DNA from: the human T2T-CHM13v2.0 reference genome, Homo sapiens
Assembly: GCF_009914755.1 (NCBI RefSeq)
Contig: NC_060928.1
DNA: 64,000 bases
Direction: 5' to 3' (one strand)
Shown here piece by piece: positions 13,958 through 30,397 of this stretch; the first letter of the stretch is position 1, and every line of letters begins with the position of its first letter. Below the pieces are notes generated by a model. The model was given only the letters and a program-made list of their open reading frames with translations, was not told the origin of the DNA and searched no databases. The position numbers were made by a program, and so were the translations under genes.

Positions 13958-16914
13958 CTCTAAGAAGAAACCCACAGGGAAGAAGCCCAGAAGAGAGGCA
14001 GTTTTGTCATGAACACTTTGAACCCTTCTTTCTACACCTGTATTCCTACTTGAGGAAGTCAAGGTAGATGATCTGAATTGTCATAATTTCATATTTATTG
14101 CGCCACAAGTGGGGTTAACTGAGCCACACATGCACAACAATGCCTCTCCACCTGCCTCCTATGTAATTAAGAGGAGCGAGGGTATTTCTCACTTCTTCCT
14201 CTCAGGAGGTAAACCCACCAGAAAGGCCTGCAATAGGGAAACACATGCAGTTAGCTGCTTCACCAGCTGCAGCAGGGAAGGTATGTGCAATTTTGGCTAG
14301 GAGGGCAGGGCCCTCCCTACTTTTGCATTCTATGCTTTTTAGTTATCAAGCAGAGAGTAACTCTGTCAACACCACTTGCTTTTTTCCTTTATAACGTTTC
14401 GGCCTGGATCCAAGTCTGTTAGGTTTTAAGTTGCCCCGACCTAGTAAAAATAATAATATATAAGAACAACTGCTGTTGCCACAACTCAGCTAATTCCATG
14501 TGGATACAGATATGTGTGATGCCTTGGCTTTTGGGTGTCAGCTCTAGGTACTGGGAGTTGGCACTGGAATAGCTGTGTGCATAGGCAGATTCCACTCCTA
14601 CATGGGGAAGCAAAACTAACCCTTAATGAGATTTCTCCAAAGAAGTTTAAGATTTGCCTCCTGATGAACCTGAAGTCAGGATTCTTTTCATTTTATGTTT
14701 TATCCACCCTCTCCCACATGCCACTACAACTTTACTATTGTCCATGATTGGTAGGGGCAGTGTGGGTCTAGCCTCTGACACAATTCAGACTGAGGCTGGG
14801 CAGGATAAGACATTGAAGGAGGAAAGACTTGAAATTCCAATTTCTTTAGAATTTACTTTCTTTATGGAAATTAATGGAAAGAAGGTCAGATTGCTCATCT
14901 GAGGTATTTTCTATTGCTGCCATTCACTTGGGTTTTTTTTTTTGTTTTTGTGTGGTGCTCATTGTACAACCTCCTCTGACAAAAGTGTCTCGCTATGAGC
15001 TGAGGTGGTAAGTAGAACAGGGAATGAATGTCACCCTTGGGAGAAACTTAGCTTTAAGCTACAGTGATTAATATCCTATCCTACCATTTGATTATCTACA
15101 GGTGTCAGGATGACACAGAAAGTATAGTGGAAGGTCTCAGGGGAGTGGAGTCATGGAAGTGGTATTGGCCTGTCTTGACACAGTGATGGTCGTCTCTTCA
15201 AGGGGCACACCCACACCAATAAAAGGAAAGCATACTGGTATGGATTGGTAGATCCATCTTTATTTCCCCGCTTTACATTTCTAAAGGGAGGGGGATGGCC
15301 CTATAGAGTAGGAAGAGAACATTAAAATAATCACTGCTTGTCACCTCCTTGCTTCTTGTGTGCCTTCTCCAAGGGAAGACTGGCTAACTCTGAATGTGAC
15401 ATTCTCTGGGTCACCTTACCAGAGGTCTTAAAGAATTAATGTGCTTCAAAAGCCAATCTCATCTTTCATTGGCTGACTCACAGGGAATCGCTAAAGCATG
15501 GGAGTGATTAGGAAGGCCCAGGTAGAACATGTTGAGCGAGAAGAGAGCCATGATACAACCCTCGGGGAATACCAACTCTTAAGTGGCAGATGAATGAAGA
15601 GAAGCCTATGAAAAAGAGTCACTGAGAAAGAAGAATCAGGAGCAGGGGATGTTTTGAAAGCTGACAGGAGAGAATTTGAGGAAGTAGTCAACCTTGTAAA
15701 TGCATAAAAGGATTGAGAATCAATTGTCTTTAGCAATTTGGCAGTTTACAGAGAAGTGGAGAGATGAGAAGAAGGAAAGAGCAGTTAATATAGACTTTTT
15801 CAAGGAGCTTGGTTGTAGAATGTTTGGTATATTGCCGGTGTTCAATAAATATTTGTAGAATGAATGAGGAAAGGGAAGCAGAATCTTGGAGAAGTGGCAG
15901 CTTCTATGAAGGTAGATTTGAACAGCTTGTAAACTGGAAAAGGGCCAATGGGAAAGGAATAATCTAGAAAATACAAGTGGAAGGAGAGAGAATAAAAAAC
16001 ATTTGGAGCACAGAGAACTGTGCAGGGCAGGACTAGAATTTCTCAGGAAGGCACTTGGTTTCGGTCATCTGTAGATATACTGTGGTAGAAATCTTTTTTT
16101 GTTGTTGTTCCCCACAGAGAATAATCTGACAATAAGGTCTAAGAGGACTGTTTTTGAAAAAGTAATTAGCATAACCTGGAAGGTAGCAGTTCCTTCTAGA
16201 TTTGATTTTGTTACTCTTGATCCTTCCATACCAACTCTTTTCTCCTACCTAATCTTAACCCTTTAAAAGTATGTTTTCATTTCCTTTGTTTAGTCAGTTT
16301 TCAAGTGTCAGAGAAAGGGTGGAATGCTAAGTGCACTGGGACTAAGCAGCTAGTACAAGCCCTGTATCTGCTATGATCCAGTTGTGAGACCCGGACCAAG
16401 CTAGTGAGCTCCTTTGAGCCTCACTTTCATGTCTGTGATGTGCAGCTACAGGAAGCCAGGTATCTCCCAGATTCCTTTCAACTCTGACATCTGTAGATTT
16501 TAGATATTTCTAATTCTTTATAGAGATAGCACTCTATGAACAGATGGATACATTTGCAGGTAGTACATAAGAAAATCTGATTCTTTAAGTATTCAAGCTA
16601 AAATTGTTTTATCACACAGGTGCTTAATATTTTATTCACATATAATATTTGAAGCTCACCCCCAGATGGTTTTATAACCAAAGCTGACATAACTTTGATA
16701 AGTGGTTGGAACAGGTGGGAGAAAGCAGAGGAAAGTTTAATGTTTTTCCCTGAAGGAGGAACTACTGAGCACAAGGATGATCTCCATGCTTAGTCTTGCC
16801 TCTTCTCTGCAAATGCCCAGTTGGAGGGATGCAGTTGCTGCAGCTGGGATGAAGGTGAATCATTATTGCTGTGCATTCTAAATACCAGTGGCTTTCAGTT
16901 TGCATTTCCTGAGA

Positions 16915-16987
16915 CTCAAGATTTGGTTACATGTTTCTAGGGCATTCAGAGAGAATGCCCTAGAAAAACGTGTAACCAAATCTTAAG
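16915..16987. repeat. Near-perfect ~30-bp inverted repeat (hairpin) in SEC24D intron 22
   Basis: AAGATTTGGTTACATGTTTCTAGGGCATTC-agaga-GAATGCCCTAGAAAAACGTGTAACCAAATCTT. Confidence 0.95.
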
Positions 16988-17789
16988 AGAATGTGTTTAG
17001 TTTGAGCCTTGTCTGTCATCTCTAGGTCCTGCCCTTAAACTGAACCATAGGTGCTGTGTGGTGTGAAAACTGTTCTAGAAAAGTTGTGTATTCATCCAGA
17101 TGTCATTAGTTCAATTTACCTAAGCTCTACCTAAAGTTGATGTTTGCATGCATGAGTTACTTTCACAGTTACGAATGTTGGTTCAGATTGACATCACATT
17201 TACATTTCAGGAGACAACTGGCCCCATAAATACCCTGGCACTTGTAGACACGTGCCTCCAGCTGAGTGTCTTATAGCTCTTCAGTAAGCAGTGTTACACA
17301 GCACATCATCATCATCTATACATTCTAGATCCCAGGAGACTCTAATATTGAGCTTGGGAAGGAAAACAAGTAAGTATCTGGAACGTGGCAACAACATATA
17401 ATTTTCTTGGGTTCTAGACATATTAAAATTTTTTACTCAAACTCAGAAAAGGCTAGAAGGGCTTGGAAGGACAAGAATAACAAAACTTTTCAGAGATTAT
17501 AAATTAAACATTGTAATAAATCAAATTTTACAAATGTTCTAAATGATACTTTTATAATTAAGTAATTTTAGGCACCAGAAGAAAAGTCACTTCAAAGTCT
17601 GTTAATGGTACCAATTGCTATTAAATCATGAAGTTAATACTGACTTAAGATACCCCATAGTTAACCCATGGTAATAGCCATTTATGTTTGTGACTGGTAA
17701 GTAGGTAGATATACTTAGAGGTTAATGTGAGGTTTTTTTAACTTTTATTTTAGATTTGTGATGGTGTGAGTTTTTAAAATCAAAGATCA

Positions 17790-17990
<201 letters not shown>

Positions 17991-18239
17991 TTAGTACAGT
18001 TTATAACATTTAGATAGAAGTAGCAATATGAGATTATCATAATGTTAAAAACATAAAACCATGTACTTGAACATTGGTGTAGTTCATTACCTGAAAACCA
18101 AAACTGTGGGGAAAATGCACTAAAAATTATTGGCACCCATTCCCATAATTGACAGAAGACAATTATTTCTGTCTTTTGGAAAAAACTCTTCCTCTGGAAT
18201 TTGACACATGTACATCACTGAAATGATACAGCACAGACG

Positions 18240-18722
18240 TAGTCAGCCCTCTGTATCCATGGGTTCTGCATCCATGGATTCAGCCAACCACAGACAAAAA
18301 TATTATTTGTAAAAAATGCATCTGTACTGAAAAGGCATGGATTTTGGGGTTTTTTTTGTCATTATTCTGTAAACAATATAGTTTAACAACTATTTACATA
18401 GCATTTTATATTGTATTAGGTGTTATAAGTAATCTTTTTTTTTTTTTGATAGAGAGAGGGTCTCACTATGTTGCCCAGGCTGGTCTTGAACGCCTGCACT
18501 CAAGCAATCCTCCCGCTTCAGCCTCCCAAAGTGCTGGGATTATAGGTGTGAGCCACCGTGCCCAGCTGGTGTTATAAGTAATCTAGAGATGATTTAAAAT
18601 ATATGGGGGTATATGTACAAGTTATATGCAAATACCATGCCATTTTATATGAGGGACTTCAGCATCTGTTAATTTATAGAGTATTCTGGAACCAATTCCC
18701 CATGGATACCAAGAGACAATAG
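18240..18722 (-). mobile_element. MER2 (Tigger-family MITE) interrupted by an Alu monomer
   Basis: CCCTCTGTATCCATGGGTTCTGCATCCATGGATTCA..TTATATGCAAATA..CTGGAACCAATTCCCCATGGATACC. Confidence 0.8.
18435..18567 (-). mobile_element. FLAM_C-like Alu monomer
   Basis: Single arm; perfect 17-bp TSD GGTGTTATAAGTAATCT (18419-18435, 18568-18584). Confidence 0.9.
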
Positions 18723-20599
18723 TATATGTTTTATGCAAACAACTTCCTGTGAAAGTTTGATCCCTTTTCAAGATTCAAGGCTATGTTGCGAGAGAAAAGA
18801 ATGTACTTTGTTCCTTCAGTGGATGGAAAATTCCATCCAAGTACTACTGTTCCGGCATTAAAACAAACTACCAAATGTTGATTTCTCAAAGGGAATGCAG
18901 CGTCTTAGATAGCCCAGAAATCTGGTTAGTGGTCTACAGGCCAATCCAGCTGCACGTGGCATCCAGGTGATATGAAGGATTTTGACTTACATTTCTTCCG
19001 TTAAGACAGAGTAAAATGCTAATGTTTGCTTCTCAGCAAGAAGATGCCAACAGCCAATGCATCACTGTGAGTTGGCCAGAGAACATGTGAGTTAGAATGT
19101 TTCACCATAAACCTCAAGTGTCAGGAAAAGTTTATGGTCAATGTTTTTCACAGGAGTAAGGAAAGCAAAAAATTCATTATTTACATTCACACTCCCATCC
19201 CCTATATGCATTATGTGGCATATTATGGTAAATCTATTTATTCAACAAACAACGTAAGTATTCTTCATGTATGTGTTTTAAAGTGCCAGCTGCCTCTAAA
19301 AAGAAAGTAGCTTACATTTGGTTTTTAACTTTGTTTCATTTTGTTGATGAAAGTCAAGGAAATACCAGTATGCTGATATAAGCACAGACCTACCAATCTG
19401 CTGCCTTGTGGTAGAGACACTGGCTATTTCCTGTGGATGTTCAGTTCAGCAACTATGCATTCAGCATTTACTATGTCAATATATTACAAGAGGAAGCTTC
19501 CTTAACTTTTATATAAACATTCTTCAGACTCATAGTTCTTTGCCTACTGAATTTTATTTTTTTAAATTGCATTTATAATCATTTCTTAATTTCAAACATA
19601 TGCAGATATCAATTTCTAAATCTTCATCTTAAAACCAATCTCTAACTGGAATATTGATGCCCCTGAATTCTCTTAAAAATACACTTTTGACATTCCTCAT
19701 GAATATGCAGCTCTCTAAACTGATCATCTGTCATGGCCTTGAATTTTAATCTTGCCTCTTTCTGCAAGATGCTATATATATTGATAAACTGTACTTCATA
19801 CAATTGGGTTCAACAACTAGACTTAAGCCATCTTGCCACAATGTAAGTGAGCCTTCAGGAAACTAATTATCTGCTGAGCTCTACTGGAATCCACTATCAG
19901 AGTCAAACAATAGCCATCGGCAGTGATGCTCACACAACAATGGTCTACAAATAACGTTTGCAATAAATGTTGACTCTTGTACAAATTATAAGCTGGGTTT
20001 TCCTAAGATACTTTAAAATAGTCATTTGTATTAATTTAACATCAAACTCACAATTTCTTTTGTTGTTATTGCAACAGAGGGGTGTATAGTCTCTTTTTAT
20101 GGAATTATTATTTGTTAACTCAGTAATCTGATTTAGTCTGTAGCCAAACACTTATGAAAGATTTCTACATTCTTCTGAGTATGCAGTTCAGCACCAGGGA
20201 TGAGTCCAGAGCATAAGAACTGAATTCAGTTCCCATCTCTGCCACTTTACTACCTGAAGGAACTTGTCTCCAAGCCTCAACTGATTCCTCTGTAAAATGT
20301 TGAGACCATATCCATCTCACTGATTTGTTATGACAATTAACTGAAATGGTATATTTAAGTATTTAGAGTACAGAGACTGGCACATAGTTAATGATCTGGA
20401 AGTGTTAGCATTTTCTATTAAAGTCACATATTTTAGTTGTTTGAAAGTACTCTATACAAATAACTTTATACCAGCTAATTGATATTGATCAAAACATGAA
20501 ATTATTTCTTTCATACACAGAAATATATGCCTTATTATTTTTCTTTCTGTAATATTTGACTGCACATAAATAAAAACATTTACGAATTTATATTTTTCA

Positions 20600-21810
<1,211 letters not shown>

Positions 21811-21971
21811 GAAAGAGACGCAGAACTCCTCAGATTCCCTCCCCTCACCATAGTGAACACATACTGATGCACATAAGCAACTTGCAGAAAGAGCCCCTGC
21901 TCGAAATCCCACACCATATATTTTGAAGGCATTTGTGACTTTAACTTTCCTCTTAAGAACAACATATTTCA

Positions 21972-22310
<339 letters not shown>

Positions 22311-22479
22311 TTATTTGCTTCTGAACTTGTAAGGATGTAAGGATTAACTGGTAACCCATGTAAAACACCTAGAGCACACAGTAACTGGCACAGAGTAGGC
22401 ATTCAAAGAGCAGCAGTTGTTTTTATTTTATCTAGTGCTACAGCAGTCTGGTGTAGCTGTTATCAGCACTACCCACTCA

Positions 22480-22660
22480 CTGCTTAGGATGCAATCCCAG
22501 CTCTGTCTTTTAGCAGGTGTGTGACCCTGGGCAAATTACTTACCCTGTCTTTTTCTCAGTGTTTTTTTTTTTTTAGCTGAATATGGAATAATAGTATATC
22601 TACTTCATAATTGGGTTATGATAATTAAATGATTTGTAAAGCACAATAGTGCCTAGCACA
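22480..22660 (+). mobile_element. MIR fragment
   Basis: AATCCCAGCTCTG..GTGTGACCCTGGGCAAATTACTTA..AATAATAGTA. Confidence 0.65.
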
Positions 22661-23531
22661 TAGGATATACCATATATATATGTTTAGATATATACATATG
22701 TTTAATAAAATTTTTTAAAAATGATTTCATAACCTATATTTCCACTTCAAGAATAGCATTTCTAACTGCCAACAGGATATCTCTTCCGTTATGCTTTTCA
22801 TGCATCTTAAACTCATCAAAAAAATATTAAATGCCATTGTGTCATAGGTTCTGTGCAAAGTGTCAAGGATATAAAAAGGAATAAGGCATAGTCCATGTTG
22901 TAAGATGCTTGAAGTTCGCTGGGGATAGACATATAAATACATAAAACATAATAAAGAGATTGCAGTACTATAGATTAAAAAAGGAAATGCTTCATGCATT
23001 TAGATGTGTCATTAATGAATGATAACATGCAAAATCAAACTCCTACAATTCCACAAACACGTTCTTCCTCCCATGTTTCCTATTCAGTGTAGAACTTCCA
23101 GATGAACCCTAATTCATTTATTTCTTTACCCTCAATTAATAAACAAATCCTTTTAATTCTACCTTCATAATCTACCTGTACCTTCTCTCCACCCTCACTT
23201 TGGCTCACATGACCTCATTCTAACTGCCCCAAAGTACATGCCCTTGTGAGATACTACAACCTAACACAATGCAGCAATTCTAGGAACACAACCTGATGAT
23301 TTAAGAAATTATAGTGTCCTATATTGTTTAACTTTCTCCTAAATCAATATTGTTAGAATAGCTAATAATCAAGTTTGACTGATCTGAATGTCACTTCCTT
23401 CCACTTAATAGCACAAGTCAGTGAACAAGGACATATCCAAAAGAAAAATTATACATACGAGATAATAACTTGCAAACAGATAAATGAAATATCTGATCTA
23501 TAAATTAATGGTTTCTTTTTAGCTTTCTCTC

Positions 23532-23830
23532 TTTTTTATTTTTATTTTTTGAGATGGAGTCTCACTCTGTTGCCCAGGCTGGAGTGCAGCGGCGCAATCT
23601 CGGGTCACTGCAACCTTGCCTCCTGGGTTCAAGTGATTCTCCTGCCTCAGCCTCCTGAGTACCTGGGATTACAGGCATGTACCACCACACCCGGCTAACT
23701 TTTGTTTTTTTAGTAGAGATGGGGTTTCGCCATGTTGGCCAGGCTGGTCTCAAACTCCTGACCTCAAGCAATCCGCCCACCTCAGCCTCCCAAACTGCTG
23801 GGATCACAGGCGTGAGCCACCATGCCTGGC
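23532..23830 (-). mobile_element. AluS
   Basis: Reverse dimeric Alu; TSD TTAGYTTTCT. Confidence 0.95.
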
Positions 23831-25009
23831 TTAGTTTTCTATCTTGATGATGAAAATGGATATAGAGTTATCAGAATCCACACTGAAAAGAAAATGTCCC
23901 TGAGGGTCTGTTAGAATTTATTCTGCATCTTAAATTCATATCGTAAGTCTCTTCTCATGATGTACTAAGTAAGGAATGTGGGGAACAGAACTTTCTAACC
24001 GTCTCAGGCAAACGTATTTCAGAATGATTCTACTTTGCAGTTTGTTTCCCCTGTCAACTTCTAATCTCCTTTCAAAGAACCAAGGACAGTTAAATATATG
24101 TTTATTCATAAGAGTAGAACACTCTCTTCTAATTTTTTCTCTAGCATAATATATCTTCATTTAACAACATTTGGTACTGGATTACTTTCTCAGCCAAGGA
24201 AAACTATGATAAAAAGATGCAGGAACCAGATAGATCGCCCCGATGCTATTTCTGGTCTAGTTACTAGTTAGCCATTTTACATGTTATCAAGATCAAGGAT
24301 CAAGAATGTTCTTAGATTCCTGTATAAAGCATGTCCATTTGGTTTGAAAATATCAGATTGAAATTTCACTGGTTGCTTCTAATTAATGAGGTCATATTAA
24401 GAGTTCAGAAATCTGTGATCCTAAATACCACAAAGGGGTGAGGTTGGCCCACAATGACACTATTGGGACTAAAAAGTCTAATCAGAGGAGATTGGATTAT
24501 AGAAGGCAGAGGGAAGAAAAACAGGTGGTAAATGAGAAGGAAAATCTAATCATGAAAACAAAACCAAAAAAATGGAGTTAAAGAATGAAAGAAAACAAGA
24601 AGACAATCTTATTCAATGTTTTTGAGGTGAGGAAGAAAATGTGGCCATGGATTACCACTGTAAAATCTCCCCACCCGACTGACCCCCTCCATAAATAACT
24701 AAATTATTCTTTGGGAGTAAAGAATGAGAGTGAGGTGGGAGCAGTAATTCATGTAAGTCGAGCTTGCTTGAATTTGGAAAATTCTTTCCTTCTTTAGGTT
24801 TTAAAGTGACAGAAGTGGTAATGAGGTTTTTTTTGTTTTTCTTTTTTAAAAAGAAAGCTTATTTTGCAGTTAAGGTCATTTGACTTGCCTTTTGAAATGA
24901 ATGCACTCCCATATGATATTGATATATTTAAGCTCAGAACAGTGAGATATTAGATTTAATTAAAAGAATCTACATTGCTTATGTAAGCCTTATAAGCCTT
25001 AAAGTTTGC

Positions 25010-25312
25010 TTTTTTTTTTTTTTTTTTAAAGATACAGGGTCTCACTTTGTCATCCAGGCTAGAGTATGGTGGCACAATCATAGCTCGCTGCATCCTCAAG
25101 CTCCTGGGTTCCAGGGATCCTCTTGCCTCAGCCTCCTGAGTGGCTGGGACTATAGGCATGTACCACTACACCTGGCTAAGTTTTTATTTTTAGTAGAGGT
25201 GGAGGTTTCGATATGTTGCCCAGGCTGGCCTTCAACTGCTGGCCTCAAGCAATCCTCCTGTCTTGGCCTCCCAAAGTGCTAGGATTACAAGTGTGAGCCA
25301 CTGCACCCAGCC
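25010..25312 (-). mobile_element. AluJ
   Basis: Reverse Alu with J-type CAGGGTCTCAC and ATCATAGCTC motifs. Confidence 0.9.
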
Positions 25313-25339
25313 TAATTTATCTTGTTTCTAGTTATATGT

Positions 25340-25734
<395 letters not shown>

Positions 25735-27578
25735 TAAAAGTAGTTCTACTGAGGTCCAGTATCATACAATCCAGATAGCTCCTTGATGGTCTTGCTTGGG
25801 TCAAGGAAACTTTGGGCTCTATGGTAAAATAGTGGAATTCCTTTAGGAATCTCTCCATCTTCATAGATATTATTTTTCACAAGTGAACTGTAGGAAAGTA
25901 CCAAGTTTACAGTTAGATTTTCTGAAGAGAACATTAAGTCCAACTATTCTATGTTTTCAGACAATACTGTTTTAGAATCTCCACATTTTCTAGACTCCAT
26001 GATGGTTAATCATAAGGTACTTAAGTTACATTATTTTTTAAAAACATATCATTGGTTGAAAGGCACACTTGAAAAGTGCTAATGGAAAAACCTCATTATA
26101 AGAACAGGAATAATCTCCTATCAACTTATTCAGAGAAAATTTATAATCATAATGTTTTAACTCCGGAAATCATTTAATTGTGCAAACAGGTTATCCAGTG
26201 GTAGAGGCAATGCTTTTAACTTTTAAACCAGAATAAAATAACAGGTTTTTCTTCCATAAATAGGCAATAAGTTTGTTTTTAACTTAAGGTCTTTGAATCC
26301 AGTTGTTTCAAAGTTAACAAATGAATGTCCAGAGAGGACACTAACTGTATCTGTACTGCTTCAACTAATGCTCCTGAAGTGTGAGATACTCCAGAAACAG
26401 AATAATGTTTCCATAGCTCTAAGACAAATAGTAAAATGAGGTAAATGTTTAAAGTGCTCATGATTGGACTGCATTCTGGCTAGATTCCAGGTGTACCTGG
26501 TGGGCTTTGTGTAACCTGAACTAGCATGCTATGAAATAGTACTGATATTTGAGTTGACTAAAATGGCAAATCTTCTGAATAATAAAGAAGACTGAACACT
26601 CATATAGATTCAGGAGTTGCTTATATGATTATCAACAGAAGAGATAAAAGAATGGATGACTAATTTAATCACTTTGGACAGCATGGAAAGGAACTTTTAT
26701 GAAAAATCCATCTAGTAAGTGTGTTTGTTTTCTTTCTTTGCCCAGATTAAGAATTTGGACCCAAAATTTATCTGCATTATCTTTCCTGCTGAGGATTTAC
26801 TTTTAGGTGGGGCTTCAGATGTCCTCTCAGCACTCACTTTTGACAATGAATGAACTAGAAAGTTTTCCCATCTATTGCTATTTTAGTTGGAATTCTATAT
26901 TCACATATTTGATACACAGCTATAAAAAATGCCATCTAACTTTTATTGACATAGAGAAGAATGTGAACAAGAGAGCAAATGCAAAATAAATGTGGACTTG
27001 AGGTTCTGCTTTTCCTTTTATAGGAGAGAGACTAAATGAGGTTTATTCAAAGAATCTTCTAAAATTTCAAATTACTAGATGATGGAGAGAGTCAATTCTT
27101 TGAAAACTCTTCACACCTATTAATAACTTTTAAATGTAAAGAATTCCTGTATTTATATTTATAAATTATATTTGTTTATAAAATGTTATTACTGCCATCA
27201 GCTCATGTCAACTTTGTTAATATGCCTAAAATGTATTTAAGCATACACATTTCATAACAAAATACCCATCTCTGGATACAAAACAGAATCCTGTTTATAT
27301 TAGGACACTTCTTACATATAACATTCTTTTGTTTATACATACCGTAGTGACTGTCAACTGAATATGCACATCCATTTTTTTTGTTCACATTTTTAAATGT
27401 TGGCTATAAAAAAAAAAACCACAGCCCCCCCAAATTGCATTCTTAATCTTCTCAGCTACACTGTTTACTGTAACAGCATCTAAGTGCCTGCAACATCATA
27501 AGCCTTCTATAGCTATGTGCTGAAGAAATGAGTAGTCGTTTGTAACACTTTAACATCTATGTGCAATAGGTAGCTCAC

Positions 27579-27697
27579 CTGGCTTGCTGCAGAAGGACTT
27601 GCACAATTCTTCCGGTAACATGCCAACATATGGGCAGTCTGATTAACTAGAATTTCCCGGATGACCTTCAAAGGCTGGTGGAGAACTGCTTTAAAAG
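27579..27697 (-). CDS. SEC24D: SEC24D exon 19: (A)[39 protein letters not shown]
   Basis: TAG/GTGAGC boundaries; 119 nt; phase 1-0; helical domain. Confidence 0.97.
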
Positions 27698-28398
27698 CTA
27701 CATCACAAAACAATGAAAAGGACATGAGTTTTAGCTCAGACACTGATCTCTTCAAATAATCAAACAAAAAAGAACAAGTTGCTATTATCTTCAGACCACC
27801 CAGCAAGAATAATAGCATTTAAATCTGTTCAAGTCATTTGCTAATGGTCTCCTCTTGACTAAATATGATGATCTAACTAATGGAGAACATTGGCCTACCT
27901 ACAGCAAAAGGTTATATTGGCCAGATTTACCTTCAGAATATTAGAATTGTACACACAGAAAAAAAGACAGGCCAATTTGTCATTTTTTGATGTCCTGAAT
28001 TCTTACGGGCTGGATTGCTACCTTTTCCAAACTTTAGTGTAGAATTTCTCAAGGAAAGCCAAAGAAAATTCCACCTTGGGCCCATTCTATTTCATAGTTA
28101 TCATGGTATGGATAAGCAAGTTTAGTCTAACATTAGAGATCGTCTCTGTCCATTAACCCAATGTGTCAGAGGGCATGATCATGTACCATAATAAGGGTCT
28201 AAGCATCATATTCCTAAATTTCAACTCAGACTGCCACCCCAGAAGTTAACTTTAAGTAAGTCTGTATAGCCAGACCCTGAACTGAGTTACCTCACTTATT
28301 AATTTAGAGTTAGGAATGCTGACTATTCTCTCTCAGCCTTTGCTTTTATTAGTTCTGAATTTACCCACCATAAGGTTGCAAAACTACAGTGCTTTTTA

Positions 28399-28641
<243 letters not shown>

Positions 28642-29279
28642 TTAACATATCCACCCAAGCTAACTTGATCTTACTTGCATTTACAAAACACTGTGTACAG
28701 ATAGATAAAAGACCTCTAACTATTTTTCCACAGTTTTTTTTCTATTATTGTTAAAGAATGAACAACAGGAAATATGGGAGAATAATGACCCATTCATTTG
28801 CTGGGTTTCAATGTAGCACTTCACTGGTTTAAATTGTTGAGTGATTCACATGTAAATATCTATTTCACATTTCTACAACTAGTCTGCATTTTTCATAGCT
28901 CATGTTTTATTACCAGGGATCCAGGGGCAGAAACAATACCTTCATGTGCTCAGAGCCCTACTCAAGGCTCACTTTCTTAAAAACATACAACTAGCTTTCA
29001 CAATGGACTTAGGTCTTATGCTGATGATATACATTTGAAGAATGCATAGATAGAAGCATTTCACCAAATATATGTGATTAAAAAATAAACTTTAGTTAAA
29101 AGTTCTTCTTCAACCTAATGCCAGCCTCTCTTCATCCTTTAAAGATGATGCCAATGTTTGGAAACTATGACCATGTATATCTAGTGGTCATAGTTTTTCT
29201 TGTTTTAATTCAGTCTCTATGGCTTCTAGTTAGTTTCACTTTAAAGAAAGCCAAATCCTATTCCACTTGCTTAACATCG

Positions 29280-29653
29280 TATTACGGGCTGAACTGTGGC
29301 TCCTCAAATGTCCTAACCCCCTAGTACCTAAGTATTTGGAGATGAGGTATTTAAAGAGGTAAATTAATTAAAATGAGTTCATTAGAGTGCACCCTAATTC
29401 ACTATGACTGGTGTCCTTATAAGAGGAAAAACTTTGGATATAGGCATGTAACAGAGGGAAGATGATGTGAAGACACAGGGAGAAGAAAACCATCTACAAA
29501 CCAAGGACAGGGGCCTGGAACAGATCCTTCCCTCTAGGCCCTCAGAAACCTTGATCTTGGAATTCCAGCCTCCAGAACTGTGAGAAAATAAATTTCTGTT
29601 GTTTAAGCTGCTTATTCTGTAGTGTTTGTTATAGCAGCCCTAGCAAATTAATA
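29280..29653 (+). mobile_element. MLT1 (MaLR) solo LTR, MLT1A/B-like
   Basis: GGGCTGAACTGTG..ATGACTGGTGTCCTTATAAGAGG..CCAGCCTCCAGAACTGTGAGAAAATAAATTTCTGTTGTTTAAGC..TTATAGCAGCCCTAGCAAA. Confidence 0.88.
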
Positions 29654-29929
29654 TTCATATGGTAGATGTGAATAGGTGCTGAAGCCTAACAGAAGTGAAT
29701 ACCGTTGGAAGTCAGTTTGCTGATGCCTGTGATACTTACCACAAATTTGCTGGACTTGCATGCAATGACACATAATTGTCACTTCATATAAGTAGCAAAT
29801 ATGAATGAGTATGGAGAAACCTCCCAACTGAGTGTTCTAATCTACTGACTTTTGACTTTGGAGAAAGAGTTGAATTTTTTTATGAAGAGACTAACACATT
29901 TGATGGTATTTCAGTCTCCCCACTGATCA

Positions 29930-30193
<264 letters not shown>

Positions 30194-30223
30194 TTATTAA
30201 TTTGAAAAAGAAACAATTATTCA

Positions 30224-30355
<132 letters not shown>

Positions 30356-30378
30356 CTAAAAAATAAAAGTCTAATCAA

Positions 30379-30397
30379 TGTCCACCAGATGGCAGTA
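30379..30397 (+). promoter_or_regulatory. Candidate CTCF site TGTCCACCAGATGGCAGTA
   Basis: Close match to the CTCF core consensus CCASYAGRKGGCRS. Confidence 0.6.

Noticed and set aside
18821-18838. Short palindrome GGATGGAA-AA-TTCCATCC
   Set aside because: An 8-bp arm palindrome is expected by chance in 64 kb.
25746-25943. Acceptor-like TTTCCTACAG and a 65-aa ORF in intron 19
   Set aside because: The SEC24D frame (phase 0) hits TAA after 5 codons, and there is no good donor.
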